From a virus (taxonomy: Duplodnaviria; Caudoviricetes): 30,134 nucleotides of DNA. The notes beneath the pieces are model-generated. The model worked only from the letters and a program-made list of their open reading frames with translations, did not search any database and had not been told where the DNA came from. Shown here one piece after another: positions 25,450 through 30,134 of the stretch. The stretch is from positions 1-30,134 of IMG/VR virus record IMGVR_UViG_3300020045_002200; one strand, 5' to 3'. The position numbers and the translations under genes are program-made. Within the stretch, counting starts at the first letter, position 1. Each line of letters opens with the position of its first letter.

Positions 25450-25831
25450 GTTTTATATTTTCAAGTTAGCGGTCAGCTGGGAATTGAGGACGAATATTTC
25501 CAGTAATTAAATGATGTTTAAATGCGTTTGTAACATCTTCAGAATTTTGTATAACTTGCTCAAACAAATCATAAATATCCATATCCCTAACTAAGCATTG
25601 CACCACTTTGTTAAAAACTGCTGATTCGTAGTAAAGTCTTTCTCCGTTTTTAAATCTTGAAATAACTTCTTTTGTTTTTTCGTGAAATTGAATATCTGTC
25701 ATAATAATTGGATTTTAAGTACCGAACCGCTAACAATGCATAACACTAATTACGGTTTCGGTCTTGAATTTATAGTTTAGTTTTGTATAAGTGATACAGT
25801 TTTTAATCTGAATGTTTTATATTTTCAAGTT
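25448..25831. mobile_element. Cassette-like insertion flanked by 20-bp direct repeats
   Basis: ATGTTTTATATTTTCAAGTT at 25448-25467 and 25812-25831. The ORF is bounded by GTTAGCGGT (25465) and ACCGCTAAC (25726-25734), followed by half an attC-like site. Confidence 0.7.
25466..25702 (-). CDS. Hypothetical protein in cassette 3
   Basis: 78 aa; its TAA is part of the terminal CGCTAAC core. Confidence 0.75.
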   Translation of the reverse strand: MTDIQFHEKTKEVISRFKNGERLYYESAVFNKVVQCLVRDMDIYDLFEQVIQNSEDVTNAFKHHLITGNIRPQFPADR

Positions 25832-25940
25832 CATCACTCAATTCCATACCTACCGAAATTGCTATATATAAAGCTATACAAAGCACAAAAACAATAAGTG
25901 ATAATATTAATACTCCGATTAATAAAAATTCGTTATTCAT
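25803..25940 (-). CDS. Small membrane protein (45 aa)
   Basis: MNNEFLLIGVLILSLIVFVLCIALYIAISVGMELSDELENIKHSD. Confidence 0.6.
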   Translation of the reverse strand: MNNEFLLIGVLILSLIVFVLCIALYIAISVGMELSDELENIKHSD

Positions 25941-26204
25941 GATGTTGCTTTTTTGATTAGTTGTTTTATTTCATCACATGAAAATTTAGCCGTAAGAACT
26001 CTTTCTAACATATCCAACATTTCAGGCGCACAAGCTATTAGTTTCGCGTTAGCAATTCCTATTGTTTCTGGTAATAATCGCCCTCTAACATCGTATTCAA
26101 ATGACATTAAGTTACAACCTCCTATTACTTTTTTATTTTTTTTCTGATATAATAACTAAATCGTTATTAAACCACTTTCCTTTTGTTCCTTTAAATTCGC
26201 TCAT
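25937..26204 (-). pseudogene. 'ANAKLIACAPE' family phage protein with a single-base frameshift
   Basis: MSEFKGTKGKW... stops after the A8 run (26136-26143). The next frame gives ...ANAKLIACAPEMLDML...IKQLIKKATS. The span is 268 nt = 3n+1. Confidence 0.75.
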
Positions 26205-26291
26205 AACTTTAATATTTAAATAAGTTTTTTTTATTCCCACATAATAATACGGATATATAATCCCAAAGTTTCTCTAATTTTTTCATGGTGT

Positions 26292-26546
26292 TTATTGTTT
26301 TAAAATTAATTTTGCTTTTGTTTGATAATTTTTCCAATCTAAACAAACTGGATAACTTGGATGTGCTTTTGCATTTATATCATAATGTTTAAAATATTCT
26401 TTTCTCCATTCTAACATCCAAATAAAATATCTCATTTCTTGAATTAAGTATTTTACTTTGTGAGTTTGATTTAGTAAGTTAATTAATTTTCTCCATTTCA
26501 AAACATATCTTCTGTGCCATTCTTTATAGTAATTATAATCTTCCAT
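26292..26546 (-). CDS. Hypothetical protein
   Basis: 84-aa ORF. Confidence 0.6.
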   Translation of the reverse strand: MEDYNYYKEWHRRYVLKWRKLINLLNQTHKVKYLIQEMRYFIWMLEWRKEYFKHYDINAKAHPSYPVCLDWKNYQTKAKLILKQ

Positions 26547-26588
26547 TGTTAATTATTTTTATTTGTTAATTGTCAATGAACGGTCTAA

Positions 26589-26753
26589 TTAAAGACTGTC
26601 ATTATAATCATCTGCAAAATCAGATGCTTTGTCTAAATTCATAGACTTAAAAACTACTTCAACATCTCTGTCTTTAGAAGTGATATTTAACATATCTTGC
26701 TCATCAACAACGTAAGCAGAAGAACCATCGAAAATAACATATTGTAAAACCAT
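26589..26753 (-). CDS. Hypothetical protein (54 aa, MVLQYVIFDG...)
   Basis: ATG 26753 is preferred because the TTG at 26801 lies inside the promoter. Confidence 0.65.
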   Translation of the reverse strand: MVLQYVIFDGSSAYVVDEQDMLNITSKDRDVEVVFKSMNLDKASDFADDYNDSL

Positions 26754-26798
26754 AATAAAAAAAATTAAGATAATAACTTTGTTGTTGTTATCTGAGTA

Positions 26799-26828
26799 CA
26801 AATATAAGACTTAATTTCACATATACAA
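26799..26828 (-). promoter_or_regulatory. Bacteroidetes housekeeping-type promoter
   Basis: TTG-N19-TATATTTG, the same spacing as at 2633-2662. Confidence 0.75.
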
Positions 26829-26851
26829 CAAAATGATATAAAATAAATGTT

Positions 26852-26870
26852 ATTTATAATTATTCTAAAT
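26852..26870. promoter_or_regulatory. 19-bp palindromic operator, Fur-box-like
   Basis: ATTTATAATTATTCTAAAT; 18/19 identical to 2675-2693. Confidence 0.6.
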
Positions 26871-26872
26871 AG

Positions 26873-27217
26873 TTAATATATTTTAAACTTAATATACTCG
26901 CTACCTTTTTTAACTATTTTCTTGAATACATGCATTTCATATATAAACCTGTCATCAACTCCGTACTTCTTAACTAAACAATCTATAAACGTTTTAATAC
27001 AATTGTCTATGTCGCTTGCTTTACTGCTAAAACCAAATTCTATAGCTATCTTTATATTTGTTTCGTCTGGAATAGATAGCGTTTTTGGCAATTGTAACAA
27101 ACAATTTTTAATAAAATAGTCGTACTTATCAGTCCTGTATTTTCGTCCTTTAAAAGCCTCATTTATTGATAGAGGCTTTATTTGTAAAAGATAATTCATT
27201 TTAATAAATTGTTTCAA
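26873..27217 (-). CDS. rusA: RusA-family Holliday junction resolvase
   Basis: KPLSIN, DIDNCIKTFIDCL and DDRFI motifs. Confidence 0.85.
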   Translation of the reverse strand: MKQFIKMNYLLQIKPLSINEAFKGRKYRTDKYDYFIKNCLLQLPKTLSIPDETNIKIAIEFGFSSKASDIDNCIKTFIDCLVKKYGVDDRFIYEMHVFKKIVKKGSEYIKFKIY

Positions 27218-28043
27218 TTAAATAAGGTAAACTATCTTTGTTAACATCAAAATCGAATGAATCAAAAGAAACACCCCTTGCATATGGGTTAGATACGTTT
27301 ATAGTTTTATCGTCGTTTACCTCTAATTCTATAACACTTTCAGCTTTTTTCAAAACATACGTTCCTAAATGTCCAAGAGGCTTTCCTGTGGTTCCTGATT
27401 TATGTATAACAGTGGTAACGTGTATATTATAATCATAAGTCCACTTCAATAGATAATCGCTGGCTTCTTTACTCATAACAATATCGTTAGTATTTTCAAC
27501 TAAGTCAGCTATACCATCAATTGAAACTAATTTAACAGGACTTTTATATAATTCCTTTTGATTTTTAAGGCAATAATCAATCAATAATAATCTTTGTGTA
27601 GAAGATAATTGTCGTGTTGTATAACATTTATAATTTTCATATTGTACAGTTGTTATATCCTGCACACGTCTAAAAGTCCTTTGAGCGTAATATTTACCCT
27701 GTTCCGTATCAAAGTCTAAAATGGTATAATCATTATCCCTATGCCCTTTAATATTACCGAATAATACATTAGAATTACCACCAATATAACAAGCTAAGAA
27801 AGCACTTTTTAAGAAAGATTTCTTAGCTTTTGAAACTGCAATAATTGCACTAAATTCTCCAGCAGTCATAACTGCAGTAGGGTATGTTTTATTCTTATAT
27901 TCATGCGTACCAATTGATAAAAGTATCTCAGGCGCAATCATTTCTTCCGATAAATCTACAAAGCATTCATTTTGTATAGTTAAAAAGTCTAAAACTACTT
28001 CGCTATCTGTTTTATTTTCTAAGTCGTCAAAATTTAAACTCAT
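27201..28043 (-). CDS. AAA_25/RecA-like ATPase, putative replicative helicase
   Basis: Deviant Walker A AVSKAKKS, FDTEQG, Walker B VSIDGIADL, VIH and GHLGT motifs. Confidence 0.75.
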   Translation of the reverse strand: MSLNFDDLENKTDSEVVLDFLTIQNECFVDLSEEMIAPEILLSIGTHEYKNKTYPTAVMTAGEFSAIIAVSKAKKSFLKSAFLACYIGGNSNVLFGNIKGHRDNDYTILDFDTEQGKYYAQRTFRRVQDITTVQYENYKCYTTRQLSSTQRLLLIDYCLKNQKELYKSPVKLVSIDGIADLVENTNDIVMSKEASDYLLKWTYDYNIHVTTVIHKSGTTGKPLGHLGTYVLKKAESVIELEVNDDKTINVSNPYARGVSFDSFDFDVNKDSLPYLIETIY

Positions 28044-28411
28044 AATTTTAAAGTTAGTTCTTTATTAGTTAATGCAAAAAATAAGTTTTGTAGTTGGTGA
28101 ACGCTTACAATGTGCCTCAACACTAAATGCTGATAAACAAAATAAACAGTTTCACCTTCGTTATATGTTGAAACTTCAAAACCGTTAAATACATACCATT
28201 CAACCTCTTTGCTTTCGTTTGTTTTCTCAAATCCAAACTTCAACAACCATTCTTCGGTTAGTGGAATTGGTTTAGTATTTTGATATTCTACAAAACGACA
28301 ATCAATATCATCATGTAAAAAATCCCATCCGTTAGAATATAAATTGTAAACTTTTTTATAATTACCATCTGCATTTACATAATTCCCTATTCTTAATTCG
28401 TTTGCTTTCAT
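28040..28411 (-). CDS. Hypothetical phage protein (YopX-like 'ELRIGN...PIPLTEEWL' family)
   Basis: ELRIGNYV, PIPLTEEWLLKFGF and VHQLQNLFFALT motifs. Confidence 0.75.
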   Translation of the reverse strand: MKANELRIGNYVNADGNYKKVYNLYSNGWDFLHDDIDCRFVEYQNTKPIPLTEEWLLKFGFEKTNESKEVEWYVFNGFEVSTYNEGETVYFVYQHLVLRHIVSVHQLQNLFFALTNKELTLKL

Positions 28412-28418
28412 AATTTAT

Positions 28419-28922
28419 TTATTTATAATTATCTATTTCTTTTAAAAATTCATTTGCGCTATTAAAAAAAGAATTACTTACACTTTCAAATGAAAAATCT
28501 TTTTTTATCAAATCTATTATTTCTTTTTCGTTTTCTTGTAATAAATTAATATTACCATTTTCTTTGTGATTAAAATGGTCTAATTCAAAACCTTTCGATA
28601 ATAAAAATTCTTCTATTTTTTTGCTATTAATATTTTTATGTAAATTTTGCAAATGAAACCCTAAAGGTTCTTTTAAAATATCAGAAGTACTTTTAATAGC
28701 TGTTTTAATATTTCCGTGATAGTGTAAATTTTGATTAAAAGTATAACATAATAGTTTTGCAAATAGTAAATTATCATTAACATACTTTATTTCGCTATTT
28801 TTAAGCTCGTCATTCAATTGTTTTAGTGCTTCTATATCTTCTTTATAGATTTTATCTTTTGAGCGTTTAAAGACGTTAAAAACTCTTTTTAGTGCATTTT
28901 CTGTTTTCCAACTCATAATCAA
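28419..28922 (-). CDS. Hypothetical protein
   Basis: 167-aa ORF in the replication module. Confidence 0.7.
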   Translation of the reverse strand: MIMSWKTENALKRVFNVFKRSKDKIYKEDIEALKQLNDELKNSEIKYVNDNLLFAKLLCYTFNQNLHYHGNIKTAIKSTSDILKEPLGFHLQNLHKNINSKKIEEFLLSKGFELDHFNHKENGNINLLQENEKEIIDLIKKDFSFESVSNSFFNSANEFLKEIDNYK

Positions 28923-29236
28923 AAATTTAACTTTGTTTTTTTTATCTCTAAATGTTTCCTAATCCAAATGCAAATCTCCTGTGTGTTTAGTCTATATGAT
29001 GTTCCGTATTCACCTAAAGAGCCTTTTCTTATCGCTTCTCTAATTTTAAATAAGCTAATATGTTTAAATTCTGCAAATATATCAATCGCTGTATTTTCAA
29101 TCGATGTTAAATTTAAATCAGTCCTTTCAATTGCCATGATTAAAGATTTTTTTATCTCATCTACGGATTCCATCTGATTTGATTGCATCGGTAATTTGTT
29201 TGAATTGTTCGTTGTCTGTAATTTTTGATTTTCCAT
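28919..29236 (-). CDS. Hypothetical protein, possible helicase loader
   Basis: Overlaps the initiator-like gene; EAIRKGSLGEYG motif. Confidence 0.5.
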   Translation of the reverse strand: MENQKLQTTNNSNKLPMQSNQMESVDEIKKSLIMAIERTDLNLTSIENTAIDIFAEFKHISLFKIREAIRKGSLGEYGTSYRLNTQEICIWIRKHLEIKKTKLNF

Positions 29237-29780
29237 TTAATTTGTTGTTAAAATTATTTTTACTCCAAGTTTCTAATCTTCTTTTTGTATCCCAGGTTTT
29301 TTGTAGTTCCTGCCTAAACTTTGAATTTGATTTATTAGGCTCTACCCAGTATTCATAAAATTCTCTAATTGTTTCTTTTGAATATGTTTCTAAAAACGGT
29401 TTGAGTGAGTGAGCAAATTTTAATTTGCGAGTATCTATATCTATTATTTCTTTTACTTTATCTTTTTCTTCTACTTCTACTTCTACTTGTACTTGTTCGG
29501 TAGGGGTAGTTCTACCCCCTATTGTACCCCCTACGGCAGGGGTTAAAATTAAACCTGTTTTATCTTCATAACCTTTGACTTGTGAGTCAATAGAATTAGT
29601 TTGACTTATGTATGCAAACTTAGCCATTCCTTTGAGTTCTAAAGGTTTAACTCCTAAAAATTGCCTATCTAATAAAGCCTCAATAAAAGCTACCTTATCT
29701 TCATTATTTTCTAATTCATTATAGACATCGTAGTATGAACGAAAAAAATTAAATCCTTTTCTTTTAGTTAGTTTAATCAT
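29157..29780 (-). CDS. Replication initiator-like protein (DUF6291-type N-terminus)
   Basis: FNFFRSYYDV N-domain, low-complexity linker, C-terminal FYEYW.E...W...RRL.TW domain. ATG at 29780 preferred. Confidence 0.65.
   Translation of the reverse strand: MIKLTKRKGFNFFRSYYDVYNELENNEDKVAFIEALLDRQFLGVKPLELKGMAKFAYISQTNSIDSQVKGYEDKTGLILTPAVGGTIGGRTTPTEQVQVEVEVEEKDKVKEIIDIDTRKLKFAHSLKPFLETYSKETIREFYEYWVEPNKSNSKFRQELQKTWDTKRRLETWSKNNFNNKLNGKSKITDNEQFKQITDAIKSDGIRR
29501..29544. repeat. Iteron-like repeats, candidate origin
   Basis: TAGGGGTA, TACCCCCT, TACCCCCT and CAGGGGTT at an exact 12-bp period. Confidence 0.5.
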
Positions 29781-29982
29781 TATTAACCTCACTTTCTGTT
29801 ATTTTATTAATCTCAGTACGAAGTGTTTTAGCAAATTTTATTGCGGTTGATTTATCTAAATCAATTTCAAAATATCTATCCCCATGCTTTCCATAAATTC
29901 CAATTATACCATCACAAACATCTACTCGTATATAGTCTTTTTGAACTTTACAATCTAAAAACTTTAATTCAAATTTTGCCAT
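29773..29982 (-). CDS. Hypothetical protein
   Basis: LDKSTAIKFAKTLRTEINK motif. Confidence 0.7.
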   Translation of the reverse strand: MAKFELKFLDCKVQKDYIRVDVCDGIIGIYGKHGDRYFEIDLDKSTAIKFAKTLRTEINKITESEVNND

Positions 29983-30022
29983 AATAATAACCGTTTTAAG
30001 ACACGGATAAACTATTTAGTTT

Positions 30023-30112
30023 AAAAAGTAAAATCCGATACAGTCAGCGTGATGTGAGATTTCGCTTTCCGTATCGGATTCTTATAATATTTTCGGTTGT
30101 AATAAATCTCAC
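30023..30112 (-). promoter_or_regulatory. Structured 5' leader with terminator hairpin
   Basis: Stem AATCCGATAC/GTATCGGATT (30032-30041 and 30071-30080) plus a U-rich tail; the loop is complementary to 30104-30112. Confidence 0.55.
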
Positions 30113-30125
30113 TAAATTACAAATA

Positions 30126-30133
30126 CAAATATA
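30126..30133 (-). promoter_or_regulatory. -7 promoter element upstream of the replication operon
   Basis: TATATTTG at the window edge; the -33 element would be outside the window. Confidence 0.5.
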
Positions 30134-30134
30134 A

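Noticed and set aside
578-29177. Numerous + strand ORFs of 60-140 aa outside 2834-4634 (e.g. 578, 1270, 6005, 9180, 12701, 14958, 15285)
   Set aside because: They are antisense shadows of well-supported - strand genes and have no recognisable motifs.
1-30134. CRISPR array, tRNA, integrase, reverse transcriptase/DGR
   Set aside because: I saw no regularly spaced direct repeats, cloverleaf, tyrosine/serine recombinase or RT motifs, or TR/VR pair.
1-30134. Stop-codon reassignment
   Set aside because: Long genes are intact in the standard code, and TAA, TAG and TGA all serve as real stops. The two broken genes are indels.

Overview
AT-rich segment of a tailed dsDNA phage with siphovirus-type genes. 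The host is most likely a Flavobacteriaceae/Bacteroidetes bacterium, judging from TAnnTTTG promoters and protein families. Nearly all genes are on the - strand. Reading that strand from the right end: replication genes (initiator-like, AAA/RecA-type ATPase, RusA), small early genes, an ECF-type sigma factor, terminase, tail genes, protease/capsid/tail tube, portal, tail fibre, lysis genes, and finally recombination genes and a truncated NUMOD4-HNH. A short + strand operon (about 2750-4634) carries two ORFs in cassette form and a frameshifted DNA methyltransferase. Main findings: (1) integron attC-like gene cassettes in the phage with no integrase in the window, one of them a recent-looking insertion flanked by a 20-bp direct repeat; (2) a 19-bp Fur-box-like palindrome centred exactly between two divergent host-type promoters and repeated at a second promoter; (3) a three-copy TAACAA-N15-GTTT motif heading each structural operon, probably read by the phage sigma factor; (4) a programmed -1 frameshift in a tail-chaperone gene far from the tape measure gene; (5) a terminator/pseudoknot-like leader upstream of the replication genes. 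All calls are by eye; no searches were run.
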